DNA of 33,396 nucleotides from Sphaeroforma arctica JP610 (taxonomy: Eukaryota), in contig NW_014040002.1 of assembly GCF_001186125.1 (NCBI RefSeq), positions 26,859 through 60,254 on the forward strand. Reading direction: 5' to 3'. Below the pieces are notes generated by a model. It saw only the letters and a list, made by a program, of their open reading frames with translations. It was not told the DNA's origin and searched no databases. The stretch's first letter is position 1, and every line of letters begins with the position of its first letter. The translations under genes were made by a program, and so were the position numbers. Positions 10,606-20,612 of this stretch are shown here, one piece after another.

Positions 10606-12618
10606 TTAACTGCTTTTCGTTGCATTTTCTCGCAGAATAGCCACGACCTCCGGGTACGCGAACCATTCGGGAATCTCTTCGCCTTCAACCAGCATTTTTC
10701 TGAACTTGGTACCAGAGATACTCATTGGTGTGTAGCCCTTCTCCTTAGCCTCGTCCACTGGAATGTATGCCTCTTCCTCCTTGGCATATACCATTGCCAT
10801 AAATGGCACCATGGTCACTCCAAGTTCCTTCTGCAGAGGCATCATAAGATCCTGCGCATCATATGCGCCGTAGAAGTCGTTACCTGACTTGTCCTTGCAG
10901 CCCGCATGATCGCGTCCGATAATCATGTGCGTGCAGCCATAATTCTTACGGATGAGGGCATGTTGCAAAGCTTCCCGAGGTCCACCGACCATCATACTGT
11001 AAGGAAGGTACTCGAAAGATACATGGTCGAGCTTCTTGGCCAGAGCATCGTACGTTAATTTGCGAACGGTGGCTGGAATATCGTCGTCCTTAGTGGGGCC
11101 GATAACAGGGTGGACCAGCACATCAGCATCATACTTCTCGTGTGCTCGCAAAAACATGGTGGCATGTGCTCTGTGAAGGGGGTTTCGTGACTGAAATGCG
11201 ATCAAATTCTTCCCTGGTGTTTTACTCGCTCTGATTTGTGCGGGAGTCTTACAGTCCACCCAATCTCGTTGCGGAAGCTTGTAAGCGTACACTTTTCCGC
11301 CAATATTGAACTTCTTCTTCTCCATGAGTACGTGGTACACTGATGGATGCTCCTCATTGACGGTACCGTACACCTTCTCGGCCTCGATGGAACGATTGGG
11401 TGTCCATTTGCTAGTGACATGAATGCACCCATGTCCACCAAATAGTGGATCCTTCAATTCAACCCAGTCCCCGATCTGAACGGACTCATCGTCAGTATCC
11501 AGAGTAACGGGCAGTCCAAATAGCTGGCCCTCGGGCAATCGCATATCTGCGATCACAGAGTTGTACTCGGTCTCGTTCATAAACCCTTCAAGAGGAGAAA
11601 ATCCACCGACAGAAAGCAGCTCAAAATCGCACACTTGGCGCTCGTTCATAGTGTGGATATGCGTGCAGTTGCTAAGAGGTGTTTCTATGCTGGCAACACC
11701 TCCCTCCACTAGTAGTTCTACTAGTTTACCACCGTGAGGTTCTCCCTTGCTGGTAATGCGTGTGTGAATACCGCATTCAGTTTGTAGGCGACCCACGAAG
11801 CGACCGGATCGCTCAGAGTCCTCGTATTGGACAGGTACAGAAGTATGTGTATCACCAAAACTCTTCCAGATATATACATATGGTGCTTGAGCGTGAATGT
11901 ACGCTTTGCTGTAAGCAAAGAAAGGAAGCGAAAGCTCCACCTTCTCAAACTTACTGTAAGTATCGCGATCTTCTGCGTAAACCTTTTCCTTAGACACTGT
12001 GATAGTCTTGTGCAGCGCGTTGTATGGCACATTGTATAGTAACACATACTCGCATACCTCCGACCAAGACCAACCAGCAAGAGGATTGAAGGTGCTTTTC
12101 TGAGGCTCCCATGTGTCAAGCGAGACTCGCTCATTGCCTTGATCGCAACGGCGACCTGTAATAGACACTTCCTTTCCAACCTCGTTCAATGCATTCACTA
12201 GAGGATCAATTTTGCTGTGCTTGTCGAAGTCGTCGTAAGACAGGGTCGCGTGGTTCCCGAACTTGGCCTCAAATTCCTCCTTGGTATTGCAGCCCTCAGG
12301 TTTTCTAATCACTGCCTTGAAGTTGTACTTGGCCTCCATTTCGGTGACAACATCGAGCGTCTCTGGGAACAAATGCAAAGTGTCGACACCAACGACAGTA
12401 GGCATAAAGTCGGCAAAGCGGGAGAAAAGATCAACGATCACATTATCACTAACCAGCCAGGCTGATACGACTACAATCTTCTCGGGCTGAAATGATGAGA
12501 GGTGATTCTGTACATCCGTCTTGAAGTTGTTGATCTTCTCCTTAAGATTTGCCGTTATCTCGACGGGCGTAGAGTTTTCTACGCGAGCGCGCTTAGCAGA
12601 ACCGTTAGCAACCGTCAT
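10606..12618 (-). CDS. cysH-sat: Bifunctional APS/PAPS reductase (CysH/Met16 family, about aa 1-285) fused to ATP sulfurylase (Sat/Met3 family, about aa 294-670); intronless, 670 aa
   Basis: Reductase motifs: DTLHLFPET, ITGRRCDQ, FNPLAGWS, YNALH, SFGDTHTS, ERSGRF, ECGIH. After an 8-aa linker, sulfurylase motifs: PHGGKL, DFELLSVGGFSPLEGFM, FQSRNPLHRAH, GPREALQHALIRKNYGCTHMIIGRDHAG, ISGTKFR. One continuous ORF. Confidence 0.93.
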   Translation of the reverse strand: MTVANGSAKRARVENSTPVEITANLKEKINNFKTDVQNHLSSFQPEKIVVVSAWLVSDNVIVDLFSRFADFMPTVVGVDTLHLFPETLDVVTEMEAKYNFKAVIRKPEGCNTKEEFEAKFGNHATLSYDDFDKHSKIDPLVNALNEVGKEVSITGRRCDQGNERVSLDTWEPQKSTFNPLAGWSWSEVCEYVLLYNVPYNALHKTITVSKEKVYAEDRDTYSKFEKVELSLPFFAYSKAYIHAQAPYVYIWKSFGDTHTSVPVQYEDSERSGRFVGRLQTECGIHTRITSKGEPHGGKLVELLVEGGVASIETPLSNCTHIHTMNERQVCDFELLSVGGFSPLEGFMNETEYNSVIADMRLPEGQLFGLPVTLDTDDESVQIGDWVELKDPLFGGHGCIHVTSKWTPNRSIEAEKVYGTVNEEHPSVYHVLMEKKKFNIGGKVYAYKLPQRDWVDCKTPAQIRASKTPGKNLIAFQSRNPLHRAHATMFLRAHEKYDADVLVHPVIGPTKDDDIPATVRKLTYDALAKKLDHVSFEYLPYSMMVGGPREALQHALIRKNYGCTHMIIGRDHAGCKDKSGNDFYGAYDAQDLMMPLQKELGVTMVPFMAMVYAKEEEAYIPVDEAKEKGYTPMSISGTKFRKMLVEGEEIPEWFAYPEVVAILRENATKSS

Positions 12619-13993
12619 GATTATATGTTTGATCGACTAGGTGGCAATGTATGTCTTCAAATAGGCTCAATGTACGCTGTGTGCTTCAAATAAGTATGAA
12701 AGTCCGGGTTGAGTCGACAAATATATTTTCAAAGGCTCCGTTGATTTTGAATGAACCACACGGTATTATATATTTTATTTTAATTTTTTTAACTAACGGC
12801 CTTCTCTCTCTCTTTTGTGTTGACGCTTGCTCGAATCAGACGTATGACATGTTGACATTTGACATGCATTGAAACTTTGAAAGTTCATTCAAATTGATAA
12901 AATATATAGGGCTTATGATTGGTGAATCGTTATTCATGACGGGAATTTCTTTCTGGCTTTTTGTCCCACATACAAGAAGCCAGCTATGCGACAAAAATTC
13001 AAAAATATAGCGAGAAACGGGACTGGGGACATATCAGGTCCAAAATAAATATTGTGAACAAAAATTGATCGATCAAATTGATCATTTGCCTGTAATCCCA
13101 TTCGTCCGCGTCCAATTTTCTGATGCATCAGCTGATCGGAGTCATCGGACAACAAAAATCGAAACAAAATGACGACTCGGCACTCTCGCGGTAAGATCGG
13201 GATTGTGGAGACTCTGGGAGAGGACTCAGAGGAGTCCGGAGGTGGGGCGTGGGGCGCCATGCCAGGGGCTGACGGCCATTTTTTTTTTTACAGTAAAGGG
13301 AAGGCATGTCTGAGTGAGTCTGAGTGTCTGACTGTCTGATCGCCTGTGGCCGTGGGTTCCAAACTTCCAGCTGGTTGTGAGTGACTTTTTTTGTGACAGT
13401 CAGATACTTCACAGCCTCGCAGGCTCGCCCTCTGCACAGCTCACCACACTCACAGCCTCACAGGGGGTGTGGGGGGGGGACTAATAATAAAGTGATGACA
13501 CAGTTAAAAAAAATGGCATGCTTTTGTCGAATATCTGGCACACACGATTGTAGTATTTCGTATTTTATTTTATTTATATTTATTTATTTTAGAAGGGGGG
13601 GGGGGTCGGAGATCTAGAGCCTAGAGGGGGGTGGATATTGGGGGTTGGACCGACTTGGACGTTAGACGGCTGGAGTCTTGGACAGTTTAGTAGAGCCTGA
13701 GAGACGAGATTGACCTTTTGTGGACGGGTCATCCGTGACAGGCTCTCTCGGTTTCACCTACTCGCCTATAAAATAGATATATGAAAATCGTGGTATTTTG
13801 TAGTATGACTGTATGTGATGCCAGCTTTAAAAACCTGAGGAAGCTTTTCATATATCCTTATGTACATTGCTTATTCTAAACATTCTCACACTTGAGGTAT
13901 TGGTCGACGAGATTTTCCGCCACTACGAACTAGATTCATTTATAACATTGTGAGCTCCTTTAAAAGTTGCTAGTGATATCAAACAAGGTCAAC
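12619..13993. promoter_or_regulatory. Divergent intergenic region, candidate bidirectional promoter for the fusion gene and the methyltransferase
   Basis: Head-to-head start codons 1375 bp apart. Contains three TGACAT copies (12846-12866), the palindrome TTGATCGATCAA (13065-13076), G-tracts, and TATAAAA near 13767 upstream of the methyltransferase. Confidence 0.5.
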
Positions 13994-14881
13994 ATGGCTC
14001 CAAACCGCATCGAATACAATTTTGCGGGTGCTCAATCCGTAGAATCATTTGATAGTGCTGAGTTTAGTGAAGATGATATATATCACATAGCTCCAAGAGA
14101 TATTGATGATATAGGTATTGGTCTGGGCAATGAAGTACATCGACCGGTGATACGTGGAAATCTTTTCCTGGTAGGATCCGGTCCCGGTGACCCTGAGCTG
14201 CTAACCATGGCTGCATACAGGCATTTGTGTACCGCGGATTTGGTTGTATCCGATCGGCTGATTCCACAAGAGATTTTAAAACTGGTCACCGGGGATTTAA
14301 AGATTGCGCGTAAACACCCTGGCAACGCGGACGCGGCCCAAGTTGAGCTGATGGATTGGTGCATGGAAGGCATACTGAGGGGCCAAAAAGTGGTTAGATT
14401 AAAGAACGGCGACCCTTTTCTGTACGGCCGGGGAGGGGAGGAAGTCAACTATTTTAGAAGGTTTCATATTGATCCTGTGGTAATACCAGGTATTTCAAGC
14501 TCGTTAAGCGCACCACTTCTGGCAGGGATTCCCCCAACCCACAGAGGGGTGGCTGACCAGGTATTAATAGCTACCGCACACGGCAAAAATGATACTATAC
14601 CGGACTTGCCACCTTACGCACGGAATCGTACTACGATATTTCTGATGTCGATTGGACGGCTAAATACACTTACAAAAGGCCTGATGCAGGAAGCAGGCTT
14701 CCCCACAGACACTCCAGCGGCCATCATCGAAAAAGCGTCCCATTCCAACGGACAACAACGTGTATTCAAAAGTACATTAGAACACATCGCACGCATAGCC
14801 GATTTAGAAAATGTAAAGCCGCCAGGGGTGGTGGTTGTTGGTCACACTGTTAACGCCATCACAGAAAATTACAAGTTCTGA
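13994..14881 (+). CDS. MET1: Uroporphyrinogen-III C-methyltransferase (SUMT, CobA/Met1/CysG-A type), stand-alone and intronless, about 295 aa
   Basis: First ATG at 13994 (the ORF track starts at an upstream TTG). Motifs LVGSGPGDPELLT, ADLVVSDRLI, VVRLKNGDPFLYGRGGEE, VIPGISS, TPAAIIE. Confidence 0.93.
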   Translation: MAPNRIEYNFAGAQSVESFDSAEFSEDDIYHIAPRDIDDIGIGLGNEVHRPVIRGNLFLVGSGPGDPELLTMAAYRHLCTADLVVSDRLIPQEILKLVTGDLKIARKHPGNADAAQVELMDWCMEGILRGQKVVRLKNGDPFLYGRGGEEVNYFRRFHIDPVVIPGISSSLSAPLLAGIPPTHRGVADQVLIATAHGKNDTIPDLPPYARNRTTIFLMSIGRLNTLTKGLMQEAGFPTDTPAAIIEKASHSNGQQRVFKSTLEHIARIADLENVKPPGVVVVGHTVNAITENYKF

Positions 14882-15024
14882 CATCCTGCGGGCTTGAGAC
14901 CGTTCCATTGAAGCTAATGCCGTTAAGGTGTTGGTTGTGGGTTACACTGTAACGCCACCATAGAAAATTACAAGTTTTGACACACTGCGGGTCACCGCGA
15001 CAGTATTGAAGCAAACGCCTTTAA
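14827..15024 (+). repeat. Diverged tandem duplication (about 100-bp period) of the last codons, stop and start of the 3' UTR of the methyltransferase gene
   Basis: 14827-14926 (ggtggtggttgttggtcacactgttaacgccatcacagaaaattacaagttctgac...) versus 14927-15024 (ggtgttggttgtgggttacactgtaacgccaccatagaaaattacaagttttgac...). Confidence 0.9.
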
Positions 15025-15269
15025 TTATATAAACGAAAGAGATAGTGCCATACACCAAATGAGCTTATTTTTGAATTTATTTGATGAAACCATCGCATTA
15101 ACGCAGTTCACTGCAACACACCCTCAATGGCTTTTTGACATATTTATGCCCAGCAGTGCGCTGTAATCTTTGCTTACTTTACTATAGAGTCACCGATTCA
15201 ATAGTAGTAATGGCGGGAGGTGCAAGTGGTGGAACACGAGTATACAAATCCATCGATATCCGGAAAGTA

Positions 15270-15288
15270 GATATATATTTTTTTATAA

Positions 15289-15321
<33 letters not shown>

Positions 15322-15537
15322 GTTATATGTAAGTGTCTTTATATCTATATATGTATGTATTTATGTATGTATGTACATATATAAATGAATACAAACATAC
15401 ATATATATATATATATATATGTATGAATGTACGTATATATGTATATATGTATATTTATATATATATATATATATATGCATGTGTATGTGTATGTATACGT
15501 ATATAGATAAAAATATGTATATACATATATACATATG

Positions 15538-15587
<50 letters not shown>

Positions 15588-16100
15588 TGTTTGTGTTTGT
15601 GTGTTTGTGTGTGTGTATACGTGTGTTCATGCGTGAATGTATATAAGTGTACTTATATATTTACGTATATATGTATATATAAACGCAAGTATGTATGTTT
15701 GTATGTCTGTATGTATGTATTTTTAAATGGATGTATGCATGTATGTATGCATGTATGTGCGTATGTACGCACGCATGTATGTATGTATGTATATACGCAT
15801 GTTTGTTCATATGTATATATGTATGTATGCATGTAAGTATGTATCTATCTATCTATCTATAAATGTATGTATGTATGCTTATATGTATATATGTATGTTT
15901 GTATGTATATATGTATGTATGTATGTGTATGTATTTATGTTTGTGTGTGTGTATGTATGTATGTATGTTTTTAGGTAGAATCGTATGTATACATGTATGC
16001 ATGCATCTATTCATCTATGTTTGTATGTATCCATATAGGTAAATATTGTATATATATACATACACATATATATCTATATATACATATATGTATAGATAGT
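15270..16100. repeat. Large compound microsatellite (TA)n/(TATG)n/(TG)n
   Basis: About 0.8 kb of TA, TATG and TG units; the overlapping Y/I/C/V/M-rich ORFs are artefacts. Confidence 0.95.
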
Positions 16101-16118
16101 ACCATTCTGAGTCGGAGA

Positions 16119-16938
16119 NNNNNNNNNNNNNNNNNNNNNNNNNNNNNNNNNNNNNNNNNNNNNNNNNNNNNNNNNNNNNNNNNNNNNNNNNNNNNNNNNN
16201 NNNNNNNNNNNNNNNNNNNNNNNNNNNNNNNNNNNNNNNNNNNNNNNNNNNNNNNNNNNNNNNNNNNNNNNNNNNNNNNNNNNNNNNNNNNNNNNNNNNN
16301 NNNNNNNNNNNNNNNNNNNNNNNNNNNNNNNNNNNNNNNNNNNNNNNNNNNNNNNNNNNNNNNNNNNNNNNNNNNNNNNNNNNNNNNNNNNNNNNNNNNN
16401 NNNNNNNNNNNNNNNNNNNNNNNNNNNNNNNNNNNNNNNNNNNNNNNNNNNNNNNNNNNNNNNNNNNNNNNNNNNNNNNNNNNNNNNNNNNNNNNNNNNN
16501 NNNNNNNNNNNNNNNNNNNNNNNNNNNNNNNNNNNNNNNNNNNNNNNNNNNNNNNNNNNNNNNNNNNNNNNNNNNNNNNNNNNNNNNNNNNNNNNNNNNN
16601 NNNNNNNNNNNNNNNNNNNNNNNNNNNNNNNNNNNNNNNNNNNNNNNNNNNNNNNNNNNNNNNNNNNNNNNNNNNNNNNNNNNNNNNNNNNNNNNNNNNN
16701 NNNNNNNNNNNNNNNNNNNNNNNNNNNNNNNNNNNNNNNNNNNNNNNNNNNNNNNNNNNNNNNNNNNNNNNNNNNNNNNNNNNNNNNNNNNNNNNNNNNN
16801 NNNNNNNNNNNNNNNNNNNNNNNNNNNNNNNNNNNNNNNNNNNNNNNNNNNNNNNNNNNNNNNNNNNNNNNNNNNNNNNNNNNNNNNNNNNNNNNNNNNN
16901 NNNNNNNNNNNNNNNNNNNNNNNNNNNNNNNNNNNNNN
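16119..16938. other. Assembly gap (820 N)
   Basis: Run of N next to a microsatellite. Confidence 1.
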
Positions 16939-17170
16939 ATGTATATATGCATACAGTTGAAATAGGTATTTGTTTATTCGCGTAGTGTAGTTCTCGTTTA
17001 AAGAGAGAACCCGAATTTTGATTCGAATAAGGAATTATATGGTGGAATTTACGATGCTGAGTGTGCTAAGTTGATCGAGAATTTTATTGGTGCCCATCAA
17101 GTGAGTATCTTGTCCGCTGTGGGATAATTACTATAATATTTTTTTTCTCTGCTTGAAATATAGTATGGCT

Positions 17171-19911
17171 TTAGACATTGCAGGGTTCCTCGGAACTATC
17201 TAGCTCCGGACTCGTAGCATTGGATGGTTCATTGGCTTCACTCATACTGGCCGTCGAAACTTCACTGTTACTGCGACTGCCTCTCGTTGAAGCTTCACTA
17301 TGACTCCTGCTGCTTCCTTCTGTGTCTATATTCACTATTTCTGACTCTACCTCCACAGTCATGTTCGTGTTCGTCGATGCTCTGGCTATCTTCAGTTTGA
17401 ATTTCTCGCCGTCTTGAGATTCCCCCGATCGGGAGGAATTTGAAGCCACCACCGTGACAGGCGGTCCCTGTAATGATAGCGCTGTATCGGGAGATCCGGA
17501 TGAAGTCATCGACCGACTCTCGACATTCTCTTGCAGCTGCTCGTCATTATCGGCGGCCTCGACATCTGGATCGTCCCGCCAACGCTTAGGGCGGAGCCGC
17601 CGTTGTACTGTACTCCATTGACTCTGCACAAACGAGTCCTCAGCACTTGTTATTACATAAGCATAGAGGGCTCCAAGAAGGCCCACTAACACCGAGAAGA
17701 TTGCAATAAACCACCGTTGTTCGTAAAAATATAGGACACAAATCGTCACCGCGAATCCTATAATCTGCAGAGGAAATCCAGTCTTCGCGTAGTTTTTGGT
17801 GTCGTACCGACCAGGTCCCATCACCATTAGCGACGTTTTGTCGCCAGATGGCAGCATGAAGCTGTGAGAGGCCCCCATTAGCACTGCGTACACGACTTGC
17901 GTATAGTACGAGGTCTCGGCTATCGATGAATCTCGAAGGATGGGAAGCAGAAGCGCTACGGCCGCATTGTTGTTGATAAATGAAGACAGTAGAGTTGCGA
18001 AGAGGTAGAAAACTAGATAGATCAGTATTTCACTTAAATCTGCTGTGATCGTTGTGATGACATCCGCCATTCTCGTCGTAAGTCCACTAGTCTGCATCGC
18101 AGCCGCCAATCCGAGAGCACCCATAATAGTCATTAATACCTTGGCATTTTTAAGAAAGACGCTCCCGACAGTTCCAAAGGTGATGACCAAACTGGCAATC
18201 TGAATAGTGACTACTCCCAACAGGATCCTGTTTTGTTAGTATAAATTTGTAATTAGTGCAGCTCCACACAGTTCATTGGAAAACATTTGAAAGCCACAGA
18301 ATAACATACAGAGAGTTCAAACGACGAAAACTTACCTTGCAAACTCGTTGACGAAGATGTTCAGGACGATGGCACCCGCAAATATAACAGTGTTGAACGC
18401 TATCAACCAAATATTGATGCTTTTTGTTTCTACCTTTGTGCCACATGTTTCGCACTTTGTGGCCTTGATGCCAAGTTGAACTACTAAGCTGAAATCTTGA
18501 GAATTCTCTGCAAGTTCAAGAAATCTCTCGTCGGATTCTACAATCAGAAGATCCCGGGGCATCAATGGCAGCTGTAACTGCTCTACATTCCCAACTATTA
18601 GGGTGCCGCCCCGATATACTTGGAGTATGAGAGCGCTATACTCTTTGCGTAGTCGGTCCCGATACGCGCCAAATGTGTCCAAACTGGGGCCTACGTCAGC
18701 AATAACGACTTCAAACAATCGACCTGATGATCCCTGATGTTGGTCGGGAGCGAGCTTCACCAAACCGTAGCAGCACTTTACACTGACGAGCCTCTCTAAG
18801 GACCCAGCAAATGTTAGGGTGTCCCCCACCCTGAAGGTAGTACTTGGCCGCAAAGGAAATGCACAGGTCCCATCATTGTGGTCCACTCGCTTAAGTTGCA
18901 ACTCGGCAGAATCATACAGACCAACTTCATTAGCGGTTTTACCGACCAAGAAATGCCCGTCCGGAATCTCAAAGCGAACAGCATACGACATAATATCATC
19001 AAAATCGGCATCGTCGTCCTCCGGTAGAGATATTTTGTTTTCAGGCAATAATCGGTGCGAAAAGAACATAAGATATAGCACACCAAAGCCTAGCACACTC
19101 AGACCTAATGGCGTGATGTCAAAAGTTCCCAGATTAAGCCCCGAGATATTGTTGGCTACCAAATTAGTACTGCTTCCGATCATAGTGCAAGTTCCACCCA
19201 AAACCGATGCATAACTCAGCGGTATCATCAACTTCCCGACGCCCCTAAAAATGTGGTAGGAGGAATAAATGTTAAGATTGGTTTATCGTTTTGGACTCAC
19301 GGTCATGTAAGCCTGAACTTATTGAAATGATACTAGTAGCATACTTTACAACGAAAATGACACTCGATACTCGCAAACTTGTTGGGAGCGACAGATAGGA
19401 CAATGAAGGACTAATCAACGATACGTTGCACCCGCTATAGCTGTATACTACAGTATATATTGCTTCGCTTCAAACACGAGTTCACCCCATACCTGTTATG
19501 ACCGACAGCCCAACGGATTAGTGTGGGAATGAGTACAGCAACTACGGCAGAGTTGTACATAAATCCGGATAACATCGGTACGAACACACAAAGGACCGTG
19601 ATGCATCTTTCAACGCTGCCAGTCTTTGGCAGCAAGTGCCGCGTTAGGATATCATCTAAGCCTGCCTTTGCCAACCCATGCCCAATAACTAATAATAGTG
19701 CTATTGTGAATACTGTAGTGTCTGAAAACGCCTCCAAAATTACATTTATTGTGGCTCCTCCAAAGAGTATGATAAATATGATAGGGATGAGAAAGCATGT
19801 GTGCGGTTCTAACTTCTGACTGAGAAGCAGAATGACTGTCGCTACTAAGGCGATGCCTACGATCACTGTTTCGTACGTCGTGTACTCTCCCACATCTAAT
19901 TCCCCAGCCAT
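17171..19911 (-). CDS. SLC13/DASS-family anion permease with central TrkA-C (RCK_C) domains, SLT/SAC1-like; probable Na+/sulfate transporter, about 794 aa
   Basis: Exons 19911-19493, 19244-18336, 18227-17171 with GT..AG introns, both phase 2, and an ACTAAC branch site before exon 3; spliced CDS is 2385 nt. Motifs SGFMYNSAVVAVLIP, KLMIPLSYASVLGGTCTMIGSSTNLV, TrkA-C-like FEIPDGHFLVGKTANEVGL, LSSFINNNAAVALLLP, LMVMGPGRY. Sulfate as substrate is inferred from family and gene context. Confidence 0.88.
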
Positions 19912-20568
19912 CGTATGCGATGCACTGGCCTTACGAAGTTAAATTGTGGTATGCTCTGGCCTTACTAAGTTGTAGATACGATCAATTTAGGCAGAATTCA
20001 GTTTTTGTATATTGTATGCAATGTGTATTCTTCTGTGGCTACTCTGGTTGTATAGCTCGTATCTCATAGTCGATTGAAGTTTGTTTCTGTCATATAGTTG
20101 TACAGAAGAGTATCATAAAGTACACCACAGCAGATAAGTTTTTTTTTGTGGCGAGAATGTGTCGTACTGTCGGGTGATGTTTGCTCATTAAGCGAATAAC
20201 AAGAATTGGGATTTCAACTCTTATATAGGATTCGATCCGCTGCCTCTGTATAGATGTTCCATGGTCTCAGAGACTCGCACTAAATTTAAATTTAAATCAT
20301 TGTACATGAAATAATATTACAATATATAATCACTTGTTGTTGCTGCATATCCAGTTGGATTAGGTGTATTTTTCAAACTTTGACCTTGTGACGGTCCTCA
20401 AGAGTCAAAGACTCTCGAGTCTCGAACTCTCGACACTATTCACAGTTTCAGATTCGGAGTTGAAATATTGTTTGTACATGCAAACATACTCGGAGAGAGA
20501 ACAATAACAGCTCTCCTTCTCAGTAGTAAAATTCTACCACACATTCACAATACGAAATAGTCAAATAG

Positions 20569-20612
20569 AATAGGGATAAATCTATTAATAAATAGGGATA
20601 AATTCTATTAAT
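20569..20612. repeat. Short perfect direct repeat (AATAGGGATAAATCTATTAATA) x2
   Basis: Read directly in the transporter/MET10 intergenic region. Confidence 0.8.

Noticed and set aside
11909..11954. Intron-like GTAAGT...polypyrimidine-CAG on the minus strand inside the reductase insertion
   Set aside because: It is 46 nt, so removal would frameshift away the ECGIH motif and the sulfurylase; the unspliced frame is open.
12580..12618. KRAR at the fusion N-terminus as a nuclear localisation signal, or an organelle transit peptide
   Set aside because: Too short and common to support a call; no clear targeting peptide is visible.
15361..16985. ORFs rich in Y/I/C/V/M/H/T and ORFs spanning X runs
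   Set aside because: Translations of microsatellite and of the N gap.
19925..19971. Duplicated CTGGCCTTAC(G/T)AAGTT just upstream of the transporter ATG, as a regulatory site
   Set aside because: Not seen upstream of the other cluster genes; more likely a local micro-duplication.
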